From NCBI GenBank assembly GCA_963808715.1, contig CAWEHG010000009.1:8257-72256 (forward strand): DNA of 64,000 nt, written 5' to 3'. Below are positions 9,527-19,611 of the stretch, in pieces (position 1 is the first letter of the stretch; each line of letters begins with the position of its first letter). The notes below the pieces were generated by a model. It ran no database searches. It saw only the letters and a program-made list of their open reading frames with translations, and was not told where the DNA came from. The translations under genes and the position numbers were made by a program. Source of the DNA: Ignavibacteriota bacterium. Its GTDB lineage: Bacteria > Bacteroidota > Ignavibacteria > UBA10030 > UBA6906.

Positions 9527-10366
9527 ATGAACTCTGCCCTGGAAAGACTCCGGAACTCTTCTGCACGCGGAATGCGGTGTGCCGTCGTGGCCGCGCTCGC
9601 CGCTCTGCTCCCGGCCGTCGGGAGAGCCGCTGAGCCCCTCCTGCGTGCCGGTGATCTCCAGGGGCTCTCCGTCACGGCCGCGACGACGTACGAAGGGAAG
9701 GCCCTCTACGGATACATCGACGGCGGCGCGGATCTGTACCGGGAATACGGTTTCGTGCGGCTGACGGTCCAGAGCTCTCACCCTCGACGGGGAGGAGTAC
9801 ACGGCGGAGATCTACCGCATGGCGGACGACTCCGCGGCCTTCGGGATCTTCTCGGTCTCCGCCTCCGATGGGGCTGACTCGCTCGGGCCTCACTCTGCCT
9901 CCACCCTCTACCAGTCCCAATTCGCCTCAGGCCCCTTCTTCGTCCGCGTGGTCAACTATACCGGTTCCGCCGGCGCTTCGAAACGATCCGAGCAGATGGC
10001 TTCAGTGATCCGGGCGAGAACAGGCACCTCGGCGTTTCAGCTTCCGGAGGTCCTGCGGAAGTTCCAGGGAGAGGCGGGCCGGGTTCGCTACGTGCGCGGG
10101 CCGCTGGGTATTCAGAACGGCGGGCTCGACGAATGGAGCGATCCCCTGGAAGGGCTGGAGCCCTACTCGGGCTACCTCGTCTCCGCCGGCCAGACCGGGC
10201 GGATCGTCCTGTTGCAGTTCACGACCCCTGCCGCCTCAGAAGAGTTCCTGCGCGGACGGATCGGCCGGCGACGCCGGGGCAGGGCTTCCGGAAGTACTCC
10301 CCCGCACAGGTCCTCGTGGTGGACGGACCCGAAGAGCTGCGCACGGCGATCCTCAAGGATCCGTAA
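9527..10366 (+). CDS. Hypothetical secreted protein, two frameshifts
   Basis: ATG 9527 lies 4 nt after the DUF362 stop. Hydrophobic leader CAVVAALAALLPAVGRAAE. Pieces in three track frames (8993..9877, 9819..10487, 10133..10366) join at about 9778 and 10265. Block GKALYGYIDGGADLYREYGF. No family recognised. Confidence 0.4.
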
Positions 10367-10379
10367 CGATATCGCCCGT

Positions 10380-11768
10380 TCAGTCCTGGACGGTTTTGAT
10401 GAAGAATGTGTAGTAGGGTTTCTTCTCGGCCATCCGCAGCATCATCAGTCCGAGTTCCCTCGCGTGATAGTCCCCCCACATCGATGACTCCCCGCACGGT
10501 ACTTTTCTCCCGTCCGGGACGTGGTCCCACCCGTTCGGCCGGTGATAGACCGAGTGGAGGATCAGCCCCTGATGATCTTCGTCCGTCGAGAGGTAGGGCT
10601 CGTCGAAGAGGGTCTTTGCGATCGTCAGGCCCGCCTGGAGGTATCTCCTCCCCGGCTTGAACCGGCCCAGGGTATTGAAGTACCCGCCGAGACGCAGGAA
10701 TCCCTGGGCGGCGATGGCCGCCGCGGAGCTGTCGACCGGCTCGTGCTCGTTGTAGGGATCCGCCGGAGCGTCGAGGTAGTTCCCCAGTTTGACCAACCCG
10801 GGAGCACCGGTGTCCCAGTAGGGGATCCCGTCGGTGGAGGTCTGCTCGATATAGAAATCGGCCACCGCTTCCGCGGTCTCCTCGAAGCGTTTCAGCGCCT
10901 CGTCCTTGCCTCCGTAGGGTTTCAGGGCTTCGTCCGTGAGGGTTCTCAGGAATTCCAGCTCTTCGGCGTACCCGAGCAGTATCCAGGCGAGCCCGCGGGT
11001 CCAGGTGCTGAACGGGCTGTATCCCTGCTGGGTGCTGGGACAGCGGTAGGAGCCGTCGTTCAGGTTGAAGATCGACTCGTGGGCGACCCGTCCGCGAATG
11101 TCGTAGGAGTCCCGTCCCTTCCCGAAGTAGACGTTGTACTTCGAGGTGGCATCCGCATGCGCCATGAGGCGGTCCAGCAGGGAGATCTTCCGGTCCCGTT
11201 CAGCCATCAGCACGTGCCCGAGCTGGTGGGCCACCGCGAGCGACCGGACCGACCGGATCGTATCCGCGAACAGGGAATGCGGCCCGTTGAACGAATAGAT
11301 GAACCCCTCGCCGTTGCCCAGGTCTGTCCATCGGCTCGCCTGGACCGCGCCGCTCACCTTCAGGGCCATCTCGCAGAATGCTTTCTGCCACTCGTCGGCC
11401 GGGAGGATCCCTTCGCGCAACAGCCTGTGCAGGTTGCCGTAGGTGCTGACGTTGTTGAAGCCGTGGTCGTGCACGCCGATGTGGCTGACATGGGTGGCCA
11501 TATGCTTGAGGGTCCCCTGCCGGCCGATCTCGAGGAACTGATCGTCGCCGGTGGCGTCGAACTGCAGGATCGCGGAACCGAACTGAAACCCCTGGGTCCA
11601 CTCGGTCCATCCGCGCGAGGTATAGTTCCCCTTCTCGGTGAAGACCGGCGTTCCGCGCCCGGGGTCCCAGGAGCGCTGCAGACCCAGGATCTTGGTCCCC
11701 GACAACTCGAAAAGCCTCCCGATACGCTCCCGGAGGTCCATCACGTCGACATCATAATCGATCAGCAT
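10380..11768 (-). CDS. GH88/GH105-like unsaturated glucuronyl hydrolase family protein (six-hairpin), cytoplasmic
   Basis: Intact 462-aa ORF with no signal peptide. Blocks HDHGFN, YSPFSTWTRGLAWILLGY, DSSAAAIAAQGFLRL, CGESSMWGDYHARE. Family call is from motif style, not a search. Confidence 0.6.
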   Translation of the reverse strand: MLIDYDVDVMDLRERIGRLFELSGTKILGLQRSWDPGRGTPVFTEKGNYTSRGWTEWTQGFQFGSAILQFDATGDDQFLEIGRQGTLKHMATHVSHIGVHDHGFNNVSTYGNLHRLLREGILPADEWQKAFCEMALKVSGAVQASRWTDLGNGEGFIYSFNGPHSLFADTIRSVRSLAVAHQLGHVLMAERDRKISLLDRLMAHADATSKYNVYFGKGRDSYDIRGRVAHESIFNLNDGSYRCPSTQQGYSPFSTWTRGLAWILLGYAEELEFLRTLTDEALKPYGGKDEALKRFEETAEAVADFYIEQTSTDGIPYWDTGAPGLVKLGNYLDAPADPYNEHEPVDSSAAAIAAQGFLRLGGYFNTLGRFKPGRRYLQAGLTIAKTLFDEPYLSTDEDHQGLILHSVYHRPNGWDHVPDGRKVPCGESSMWGDYHARELGLMMLRMAEKKPYYTFFIKTVQD

Positions 11769-11804
11769 ACGAATCCTCTATTCAATAGTTCGCTACGATC
11801 CAGC

Positions 11805-12593
11805 CTACAGCCGCCGCAGATGGAAGCCACCGTCCACGTAGATCACGGAGCCGGTGGAGTACGGGAAATCCCCCGCGACCAGCGACGCCGCGGCCTTCCC
11901 CGTGTCCTCGTCGGTCCCCCAGCGGCGCTGCGGGACGAGCCCCTGCTCGATCATCGTGTCATACTTCTCTTTGACCCCGCTCGTCATGTCCGTTGCCATG
12001 ATCCCCGGGCGCAGTTCGTACACCTGAATACCTTCATGAGCCAGGCGCACCGCCCAGAGCTGGGTCACCATGGTCAGTCCCGACTTGGAGACGCAGTACT
12101 CTCCGCGGTTGACGGAGGCAGTGTTCGCCGAAATGGACGACACCATGACCACGGAGAACCCGTGCGGCAGCAGGGGCCTGACCTTCCCGGAAAGCCAGTA
12201 GTTCGCCAGGATCTGCGTCAGGAAGAACGGGCCTTCCAGGTTCACCTGCATGACCTCGCGAAATGAATCGAGGGAGGTCTGGGTGACATCCGCCCGAACC
12301 CGCGGGCCCATGCCGGCGTTGTTGACCAGCGCATCCACCCGCCCGAATGCCTCAAGGCTCCGTTCCAGCAGGGAAGCCCGGTCAGCCGCTTCACCCACGT
12401 TCGCCTGGACCGCGACGAACCGCTGGCGCGGATCGCTCTTGACCGATTCGCACAGGCCCACGGTCTCTTCGGCTGCACGGCTGTTCCCGGCGAAGTTCAC
12501 CACCACCGAAAAACCCTTGCGCGCCATCGAGCAGGCGATACCCCGCCCGAGGCCCCTGCTGGCGCCGGTAACGAGGACGACAGGGAGTTCCAT
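11805..12593 (-). CDS. SDR family oxidoreductase (3-ketoacyl-reductase-like)
   Basis: ATG 12593 (MELPVVLVTGASRGLGRG, TGxxxGxG). NNAG. YCVSK (YxxxK). It forms the 3' part of track ORF 11805..13550, whose 5' part is out-of-frame read-through of the next gene. Confidence 0.85.
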   Translation of the reverse strand: MELPVVLVTGASRGLGRGIACSMARKGFSVVVNFAGNSRAAEETVGLCESVKSDPRQRFVAVQANVGEAADRASLLERSLEAFGRVDALVNNAGMGPRVRADVTQTSLDSFREVMQVNLEGPFFLTQILANYWLSGKVRPLLPHGFSVVMVSSISANTASVNRGEYCVSKSGLTMVTQLWAVRLAHEGIQVYELRPGIMATDMTSGVKEKYDTMIEQGLVPQRRWGTDEDTGKAAASLVAGDFPYSTGSVIYVDGGFHLRRL

Positions 12594-12601
12594 GGCTGCT
12601 C

Positions 12602-13510
12602 CTATGTTGTTCCTTTGCGCCGCAGGGCTGCGAGCGCCTTCCTGGTGAATACCGTGCGTGCCAGGTCGGCATAGAGCTCCGGCCGTCGCGAAGCGGTGAC
12701 CGCCGCGGTCCGCCCGAACTTCTTCTCGAAAAAGAAATGGGTGATCCGCTGGCGCTCGAGATCCAGGTCCTGCGTCACCATGCCGACCCCCCGGCCCGCA
12801 TCGGCGAGGATCAGCCCGTCCCTTCCGATGATGCTCGTCCGCCCCAGCATCTTTCCGGGCATCCAATCCCCTTCTTCGTATCCGTACGAAGCGGAGACCA
12901 GATACAGTCCGGTGTCCACGGCACGGGCACGGTACCGGATCTCCCAGTCGACCTCGCCCCACGAGCCCTGGACGTGGGGGAAGAGCAGCACCTCGGCCCC
13001 GCGCAGCATCAGCACCTGCGCGACCTCGGGGTACTCCACATCCATGCAGGTCATGATCCCCACGCGGCAGCAATCGAGCGAGAACACCGTAAGGTCGTTG
13101 CCGGCCCTGATCCCCAGCCGCTGTTCCTGGATGATGGGATGCGCCTTCTGATAGCACCCCGCGATCCTTCCGCGCCGGTCGAGGAGCACGACCCAGCTGC
13201 TCAGGACCCCCCGGTACGTGCCGAACACCGGCACCGCAATGTTCATCCGGTGCGCCCGCGCCATGATCCCCACCGCCTCGACGAACGGTCCGGGGATCGG
13301 GTCGGGCCGGTAGTCGCGGCGGGCAGACGAGGTGCTCCGGTGGTAGAGATTGGAGTACTCCCCGAGAAGGACCAGGTCCGGAGACTGCCGGCCGGCGGTT
13401 TCGAGCATATCGCAGAGGACCTCGAGGGTCCGCCGTCGCCGTTCCTGCAGGTTCCTGCCCGGGACGTCCGCGGGAAGCTGGACACCCATCACTCGCACGA
13501 TCCTTGCCAT
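12602..13510 (-). CDS. Carbon-nitrogen hydrolase (nitrilase superfamily) protein
   Basis: Intact 302-aa ORF. Glu-Lys-Cys triad context LGEYSN, YQKAHP, GIMTCMDVEYPE. Confidence 0.8.
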   Translation of the reverse strand: MARIVRVMGVQLPADVPGRNLQERRRRTLEVLCDMLETAGRQSPDLVLLGEYSNLYHRSTSSARRDYRPDPIPGPFVEAVGIMARAHRMNIAVPVFGTYRGVLSSWVVLLDRRGRIAGCYQKAHPIIQEQRLGIRAGNDLTVFSLDCCRVGIMTCMDVEYPEVAQVLMLRGAEVLLFPHVQGSWGEVDWEIRYRARAVDTGLYLVSASYGYEEGDWMPGKMLGRTSIIGRDGLILADAGRGVGMVTQDLDLERQRITHFFFEKKFGRTAAVTASRRPELYADLARTVFTRKALAALRRKGTT

Positions 13511-13512
13511 GG

Positions 13513-15273
13513 CTACCCCTTCTCACGTGATACGTACAGCAGCACCCCACCCATCGCCAGCAGGAAGAGCCCGGCGATCAGGTTGATGATGGACGGGGAG
13601 ACCGGCCCCGACGGAAGTGCCACGCATGCCCCCAGGACCACTGCCAGGACGACGCATACCTGTCCGAGAAGCCTGTAGACCCTCAGCCCGGCCGGATCGA
13701 ACGCCGCCCGTTCCGCGATCACCGGCTCTCGCAGATCCCGTTCCAGCGCGAGCAGGCCCGCGTGCCGCGGGTCGTCTTTGCGGAACCAGAACGCCGATCC
13801 GAAGAACACCAGGGTCGCCGCCGCGGTCTCGCTGAGCATGTTCCGGGTGAACGCCTGGTCTTTCCACAGTCCCAGGGACATCAGGACGACCGCGGTCACG
13901 ATCGCGGCGGTGCAGGAGGCCATCCCCGACCACCAGGGAGTGCGCCGGTAGATCATCCCCAGGGCGACGGGCATCATGAACGCCGCCCCGAGGGAATAGT
14001 ACTCCAGCGCGAACGCGAAGGCCCCCCCCAGCTTGGGGATGAACAGTGCCGTGACCGTCCCGAGAGCCCCCACGACCAGCATGGTCATCCTGGCGAACCG
14101 CAGCTGCCGCGACTCCGGCGGTTCTCCCCGGCCGAACCGCTTTTTCAACGGCACGTAGATATCGCGGGTCAGCGTCGCCGCCAGCCAGTTGAACGCGTCG
14201 TTCGCCTGACCGAGCGTGGCCGAGAGGATGGCGGAGACGACGAATCCGATCATCCCGTGGGGGAGCAGGAGGAGCGCCAGGCTCACGAAGGACGCTTCCG
14301 CAGGGACGGCAAGCGAGGGCCAGATGGAAGCGATATCGGGGAAGATGATCCGCGACGCCATGACCGGGAGGATCCAGAGCAGGGGACCGACCAGCGACAG
14401 GACCGCGCACAGGATCGCCATCTTGCGCGCGTCCCGTTCGTCCGGTACGCTCTGGTATCGCTGCACGAGTGACCAGGCGACGTTGTACCCCAGCATGATG
14501 TTGATGAGGTACGAGAGCAGGAAGAGCGGTTCCGCCATCTCCCCGTTCAGTCCGAAGTACCCCGGCGGGGCCTCCCGGACCAGGCGCTCGATGCCGCCGA
14601 AAAATCCTGTCCCCGCCCCGAGGTACTGGAACGAGACCACGAACACGATCAGCGTCATCGTCAGGATGATCACGAACTGGACCGAATCCGAAAGCACCGC
14701 CGCCCAGAGCCCGCCGACCATCGTATAGACGGTCATGACGGTCCCGACGACGAGGATCGACATCTCGAACCCGGTGAGCGATACGAACCCGAGATCGAAG
14801 CTCCTGTCGGCGAATCCCAGGGCCGTCGAGACGAAAATGCAGAGGATGTAGAGCCCCTGGCCGATCCCCACGATCTGAGGGATCACCGCCGTGACCGAGT
14901 AGAAATAGGTGGTGGACGGAGAGAACCTCCGGCTCAGGAACTCCAGCGGCGTGTTGATGCGGGCACGGCGCCACCGGCTGGAAAAATACGCCGCCCCGAC
15001 GAGGTAGGCCCAGAAGGCGGAGGTGAAGATCAGGATGGTCCCCGCGCCCCGCAGGTAGATGAACCCCGCGGCGGCCACGAACATGAAGGCCGAGAACCCG
15101 GAGACCCAGTTGGAAAGTCCCGCGATGAGCCACGGGACCTTCCCCCCTCCCTTGAAGTACTCGTCCGTGTTCCTGTTCTTCCGGGCCGCATAGAACCCGA
15201 CCCAGAGGACGATCACGAAATAGAGGACGATCAGCCCGTAGTCGATGCCGTTGACCGTGTTGAACGCTGGCAT
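13513..15273 (-). CDS. Sodium:solute symporter (SSF) family transporter, copy C
   Basis: Intact 586-aa ORF made of many hydrophobic segments. SSF-type N-terminus YFVIVLWVGFYAARKNRNTDEYFKGGGKVPW. Starts 2 nt upstream of the CN-hydrolase gene. Confidence 0.8.
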   Translation of the reverse strand: MPAFNTVNGIDYGLIVLYFVIVLWVGFYAARKNRNTDEYFKGGGKVPWLIAGLSNWVSGFSAFMFVAAAGFIYLRGAGTILIFTSAFWAYLVGAAYFSSRWRRARINTPLEFLSRRFSPSTTYFYSVTAVIPQIVGIGQGLYILCIFVSTALGFADRSFDLGFVSLTGFEMSILVVGTVMTVYTMVGGLWAAVLSDSVQFVIILTMTLIVFVVSFQYLGAGTGFFGGIERLVREAPPGYFGLNGEMAEPLFLLSYLINIMLGYNVAWSLVQRYQSVPDERDARKMAILCAVLSLVGPLLWILPVMASRIIFPDIASIWPSLAVPAEASFVSLALLLLPHGMIGFVVSAILSATLGQANDAFNWLAATLTRDIYVPLKKRFGRGEPPESRQLRFARMTMLVVGALGTVTALFIPKLGGAFAFALEYYSLGAAFMMPVALGMIYRRTPWWSGMASCTAAIVTAVVLMSLGLWKDQAFTRNMLSETAAATLVFFGSAFWFRKDDPRHAGLLALERDLREPVIAERAAFDPAGLRVYRLLGQVCVVLAVVLGACVALPSGPVSPSIINLIAGLFLLAMGGVLLYVSREKG

Positions 15274-15279
15274 GGACGT

Positions 15280-17604
15280 CTACCGTTTTGACGGCGACTT
15301 GAACCCCGGGACCCTCCACTGAAAGTCGGGATCCACGTAGGGTTCGTCGTTCTCGTGTCCCTGCATGAGTGCGATCTTCCTCCGGAGCTGGTCGGCGAAG
15401 TTCCCGTGGTAGTAGATGAAGGTGGTCTCCCCGACGTCCGAGAAGATCATCCACGGGGTCCGTGAGCGTTCTGCGTGTGCCAGAAGCGCCTTCGTGTTCT
15501 CGATCTCGTCGAGCACCATCTGCCGGAGGATCTCGCGGCATTTCTTCTTTGTTGACTCGTCGCGCGACTCCAGGTAGTTGTGCACCCCCGCGATCCACGC
15601 GGTCACGTTCCGCTGGTTGCGGTACCAGCAGAGCATCGCCACGTACCGGTCGTGGAGGTCCTGCGCTGCGGCCTCCCCCTTGCCGCCCCGGGCGCGCGCC
15701 AGAAGTGCGGCGGAACGGTCGTGCGCCTGCTGCATCACCGGCATGACGTTCTCGTTGATCATGGAAAGACATCGCATCGCGTCGTCCGGCTGGATCAGGT
15801 CGAACCCGACGTCGTACCGGAAGTCGACCCGGCAACGGTTGTGCGGAGGAGCCAGAAGGAACTCCTCATAGTATCGCCGGTCCTCCTCGGAGATCTTTTC
15901 GATGTCGGGGACGATCGGGCGGACGAACAGCCGGTACCAGACCCCCCAGCCGGAATAGATCTGCACCGGGACCGGGAAGGCCCTGTAGGCGTCGTCCGAC
16001 AGGTGCCACAACTGGACCAGCTCCGGGGCGAGCTCCGGGCCGATCCACTCCGCCGCTTTCGAAGCCACGAACCGGTCGTACGACAGTCCCGGATCGGCCT
16101 GGAACGCCCTCAGCAGCTCTTCGTTGATGTTGAAGGGTGTCAGGGAACGCGGGGTCGTGCCGCCGGTGTAGGCCAGCGTCGATACGGACTGCCGGGCCAT
16201 GGCGACGAGCTTCTCGTGCACCAGTCGCGGGAACGGAACGCCCAGCAACGGCTCATGGTTCCAGACGGAGCCGCCGGAGAAGTAGACGTCCGTTTCAGCC
16301 CCTTTGGTCCGGATCTGATCCATGACCGTCTTCTCTGCCGGATCGAACCCGTTGAACAGGGCCGTGCCGAGCGTGGCTTTTCGTTCCGGGTATCGGGGAT
16401 GCTTGTACTCTACCTCCCATCCCCGGGAGACCAGCGAACCGGTTTCCACGTCGATCCCGTCCTCCAGCTGGGCCCACAGGTATTTGTGTTCCGCGACGAA
16501 GGCCTCCAGGCGGAGCAGTGTACGGAACTTCGGGTTGACCTTGCGGCCCGCGTCGCGCAGGACCTTGTGGAAGCGGATCAGGTTGTTCGCGGCCGACTCG
16601 GCGATCTCGGTGTCCCCTTTCCACTCGCGGATGACGTAGCCCCCCCCGTTCCGTCCGACGTACAACGAGCTCGTGTACTCGAAGCCGGCGCCGCTGTCGT
16701 TGGACCAGATGGCGATGAAGTCCAGCAGAGGGACCTCCCGCACGAGGTTCTCCATCAGCTCGGCGTAGTGTTCCCGTACCACCGGATGGGCGATGGAAAG
16801 GTTGTACCGCGGATGCCAGCTCCGGATGGGATGATCCACCCTCGCCCCCCGGAGCATGGGATACCGCTCCAGCAGCGCGTCCGGAACGGATCTCGGCTCG
16901 AAGCAGGTGATCCCGGCCGAGAGGCCGTACTTCTCGGCCAGCGCCGCGTTCGTCTTCAGGAAATTCAGGTTCGCCTGAAGGTAGTCGCTGTCATAGTACC
17001 CCCGGTTCAGGCGGCTGGAGACGAACTGGTCGAGCGCGGGGCAGTAGGTATAGAACCTGTGGAGCACTTCTCCGACGGGGCCGCGCTCGAAGGGGACCGC
17101 AAAGGCGAGACCGTTCACTTCGGCGTGTGAGAACCCGAGTCGGGCGAGGTTCCGGATATGTTCTTCCCGGTCGAAATCCCGGAGGGTCCGGTTGTGCATC
17201 GTCAGGAAGCTGTCGTACGAAGGGCGGACCCGCGGGAATGCCGGCGTGATCGTTTTCCCCTGGCGGAACTCCTCCACCGGCAGGTCGATCCATTCTTCGA
17301 TCGCCGAACTCCACGTCCGGAAGAGGAGATGTGGGGCGGACGCGAGGATCTCGATCCCCCCTCCGGGGAGCAGCCGGACGATCCCCCACCCGTTCGGGCC
17401 GCGCAGGGCCGGGTGCTCGGGAGCGGCACCGGTCTGGACGGCGATACGAACGCCCGTGGCGGGCAGCGGTCCGCCCGTTCCGGGCGTCGCCCGGGGAGCC
17501 CAGCCCCCCCTCAGTTCTGACGCAACGGTCTGCTCCACCCGCGGACCGCCGGCGGAGGTGTGGATCGTCGTGACCGTGGAGAAGAATTCCCTAAGTGTTG
17601 GCAT
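15280..17604 (-). CDS. Large cytoplasmic protein of unknown family (family X, intact copy)
   Basis: Intact 774-aa ORF with AGGGAG 8 nt before ATG 17604 and no signal peptide. Shares long blocks with the broken copy at 59703-61916 (RGARVDHP, NDSGxGFE, SSLYxGRNGG, IREWK). No named family recognised. Confidence 0.7.
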   Translation of the reverse strand: MPTLREFFSTVTTIHTSAGGPRVEQTVASELRGGWAPRATPGTGGPLPATGVRIAVQTGAAPEHPALRGPNGWGIVRLLPGGGIEILASAPHLLFRTWSSAIEEWIDLPVEEFRQGKTITPAFPRVRPSYDSFLTMHNRTLRDFDREEHIRNLARLGFSHAEVNGLAFAVPFERGPVGEVLHRFYTYCPALDQFVSSRLNRGYYDSDYLQANLNFLKTNAALAEKYGLSAGITCFEPRSVPDALLERYPMLRGARVDHPIRSWHPRYNLSIAHPVVREHYAELMENLVREVPLLDFIAIWSNDSGAGFEYTSSLYVGRNGGGYVIREWKGDTEIAESAANNLIRFHKVLRDAGRKVNPKFRTLLRLEAFVAEHKYLWAQLEDGIDVETGSLVSRGWEVEYKHPRYPERKATLGTALFNGFDPAEKTVMDQIRTKGAETDVYFSGGSVWNHEPLLGVPFPRLVHEKLVAMARQSVSTLAYTGGTTPRSLTPFNINEELLRAFQADPGLSYDRFVASKAAEWIGPELAPELVQLWHLSDDAYRAFPVPVQIYSGWGVWYRLFVRPIVPDIEKISEEDRRYYEEFLLAPPHNRCRVDFRYDVGFDLIQPDDAMRCLSMINENVMPVMQQAHDRSAALLARARGGKGEAAAQDLHDRYVAMLCWYRNQRNVTAWIAGVHNYLESRDESTKKKCREILRQMVLDEIENTKALLAHAERSRTPWMIFSDVGETTFIYYHGNFADQLRRKIALMQGHENDEPYVDPDFQWRVPGFKSPSKR

Positions 17605-17658
17605 AGAATAACTCCCTGGTGTCGTGAGACCGTGAGACGTAGTGTGTTGGTATGAGTT

Positions 17659-18675
17659 CTATTTTCCTGTCACTGCTTCTTTCGCCGCGAGCAACACCTC
17701 CGTCGGGGTGCCCAGAGGGACGACGCCCGTTCCGAGGATGAATCCCGGATACCCTCCGGCGGCCGCAACTTCTGCCACCGCCCTGCGGTGCACCTCTTCC
17801 GGCCGATCGGTGAGGAATCCTGTCGGGTCGAGGCTTCTTCTGAAGGCCCGGCCCGCCCGTCTGCAGCGCTCGAGAAACGGCGCCAGTGGCGTCCGAAAAT
17901 CGCACAAGATATTGTTCGCTCCCGTTTCCAGATAGGCGTCGAGGATCGGAAGCGTGTTCCCGCCGATGATCAACGGTACGTGTTTCACCCCCTCCCGGTG
18001 GAGGAGATCGATCAGCTGCCGCGCGGGCTCGATCGCGAGAGCGCGGTACGAAGCCGGCGAGATGACCTCCGGGGAAGCGTGGGAATCATAGATGACCACG
18101 CCGCATCCCCTCCTGGCGAATGCCCGCGCGTAGGCGGCGAGCACACCGACGCAGAATCCCATCAGTTCGCGGACGACATCGGGTTCGCTGCGGACGGCCA
18201 TCAGGAGGTTCTCGGCCCCCATCACGCCCGCTGCCATGGAGAAGGGGCCGCTGAGCGCGCCGCGGACGACGGTCTGTCGGCCGATCGCCCGCTCCACCCG
18301 TTCCGCGGCATGAAGGAACAGGGGCATACGCCCGTCCACTTCCGGATCCGGTACGCGCAAAGCACTGACAGGGGCTCCCTCCGCCAGGACCTCTCCGCCG
18401 GGGAGCAGAGACGGGATCCCGGGATCGTCGCCATCCGGATAGTGCACCCGCGCCCCCGCGGCTTCTGCCTCCACGTTGTACGGATCGACCCCCACGACGA
18501 TCGCATCCGCCTGCAGCTCCTCGAATTCCCGAAGCGTGGCCTGCACCAGCAGATCCGCGTCGCGGCAGAGGCGTGAAGGGACGCTTCCGACGAACCAGGC
18601 CTTGTGTTCGAGCACCGCCGGTACGAACGGGATCCGGTCGGGCTTGCGGCCGTCGAGGACATCCAGCAATCTCAT
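17659..18675 (-). CDS. URO-D fold protein, paralogue 3
   Basis: ATG 18675 (MRLLDVLDGRKPDRIPFVP). Blocks SGPFSMAAGVMG, VVIYDSHASPEVISP, LIIGGNT, FILGTGVVP. The track fuses it to the upstream kinase (ORF 17659..19704). Confidence 0.75.
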   Translation of the reverse strand: MRLLDVLDGRKPDRIPFVPAVLEHKAWFVGSVPSRLCRDADLLVQATLREFEELQADAIVVGVDPYNVEAEAAGARVHYPDGDDPGIPSLLPGGEVLAEGAPVSALRVPDPEVDGRMPLFLHAAERVERAIGRQTVVRGALSGPFSMAAGVMGAENLLMAVRSEPDVVRELMGFCVGVLAAYARAFARRGCGVVIYDSHASPEVISPASYRALAIEPARQLIDLLHREGVKHVPLIIGGNTLPILDAYLETGANNILCDFRTPLAPFLERCRRAGRAFRRSLDPTGFLTDRPEEVHRRAVAEVAAAGGYPGFILGTGVVPLGTPTEVLLAAKEAVTGK

Positions 18676-19611
18676 TGCAGAGGCCCCCGTTGTTCCACCA
18701 GAACTCCTCCTTCCAGGGCGGCGATCCCGGCGCTCGAGGCGCAAGAGACCTCCCACCTCTGCTGCATTGGCGGCCCCAGCGGCCGCCCCCCGCACGAGAG
18801 CGCGGGCGAAACTCTCCCCTGCCTCGAGCGACGCCAGAAAGCCGGCGATCATGGAGTCGCCGGACCCCGTGGCGTTCACCGGACGCACCGGGGGCGGAAC
18901 GATCTTCCACCAGTCTGTCCCATCGGTCGCGTAGCACGGTCGCGGGCCGTCAGTGATGATGGCAGAGCGGATCCCTATCCCCACGAACCGCCGGAGCGCC
19001 ATTCTGAATTCCTCGTCGGTTTCCAGCGTCCCGCCGAACGTCTGCCGGAACTCATCCGCATTGACCTTGACCATTTCCGGCAGCGCCTCCACCCCCAGCC
19101 GGAACGTTTTCCCGTAGGAATCCAGAGCGGAGGCCTTTCCGGCCCGCCGGGCGGCGCCGATGATCCGGGCGTAGACGTCGTCGGTCGCCGCGCAGGGCGA
19201 GCTCCCGCAACAGACCACCCACCGGGCTCCGGGGAAGAGGGCAACACACTTCGCCACCAGAGCGTCCGCCTCGGCCGACGTCACGGTGTGGGGCGGTTCG
19301 AAGATCGCCGTCCAGGTGCCGTCCGGTTCCCGGTAGGTCACCCCCTCGCGCGTGGCGGAGGCGACCTCGACGAAATCGTGCGGGATCCCTTCCGCGGAGA
19401 GCAGATCCGCCAGCATTTCACCCACCGGTCCGCCCCAGCATCCCGTCGCCACTGTCGGCACGCCGAGCAGGTGCAGCTGGCGCGCGACGTTCACCCCCTT
19501 GCCGCCCACCACCATGCCTACGTGGGTCGCCCGGTGGGTCCTCCCCCGCGTGAGGTTCTCCACCTCGACCGTCTTGTCGAGCATCGGGTTGAGCGTGACC
19601 GTCAGGATCAT
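18672..19611 (-). CDS. PfkB-family hexose-phosphate kinase (1-phosphofructokinase/tagatose-6-P kinase type), probable frameshift near 3' end
   Basis: ATG 19611 overlaps the aldolase stop (ATGA). MILTVTLNPMLDKT, GGKGVNVARQL, NATGSGDSMIAGF. Shifting one base near 18750 gives ..AGIAALEGGVLVEQRGPLQ-TGA, and this TGA (18672-18674) overlaps ATG 18675. Confidence 0.7.

Noticed and set aside
10364-10382. Convergent gene ends only 13 bp apart (TAA 10364-10366 and TGA 10380-10382) with no hairpin between them
   Set aside because: Tail-to-tail crowding is real, but there is no structure to interpret. It may simply mean that terminators lie inside the opposing coding regions. I do not consider it a feature by itself.
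17623-17638. Tandem 8-mer CGTGAGAC-CGTGAGAC in the spacer before family X copy 1
   Set aside because: There are only two short copies with no palindrome, so it could arise by chance. It is noted only as a possible element of the 5' untranslated region.
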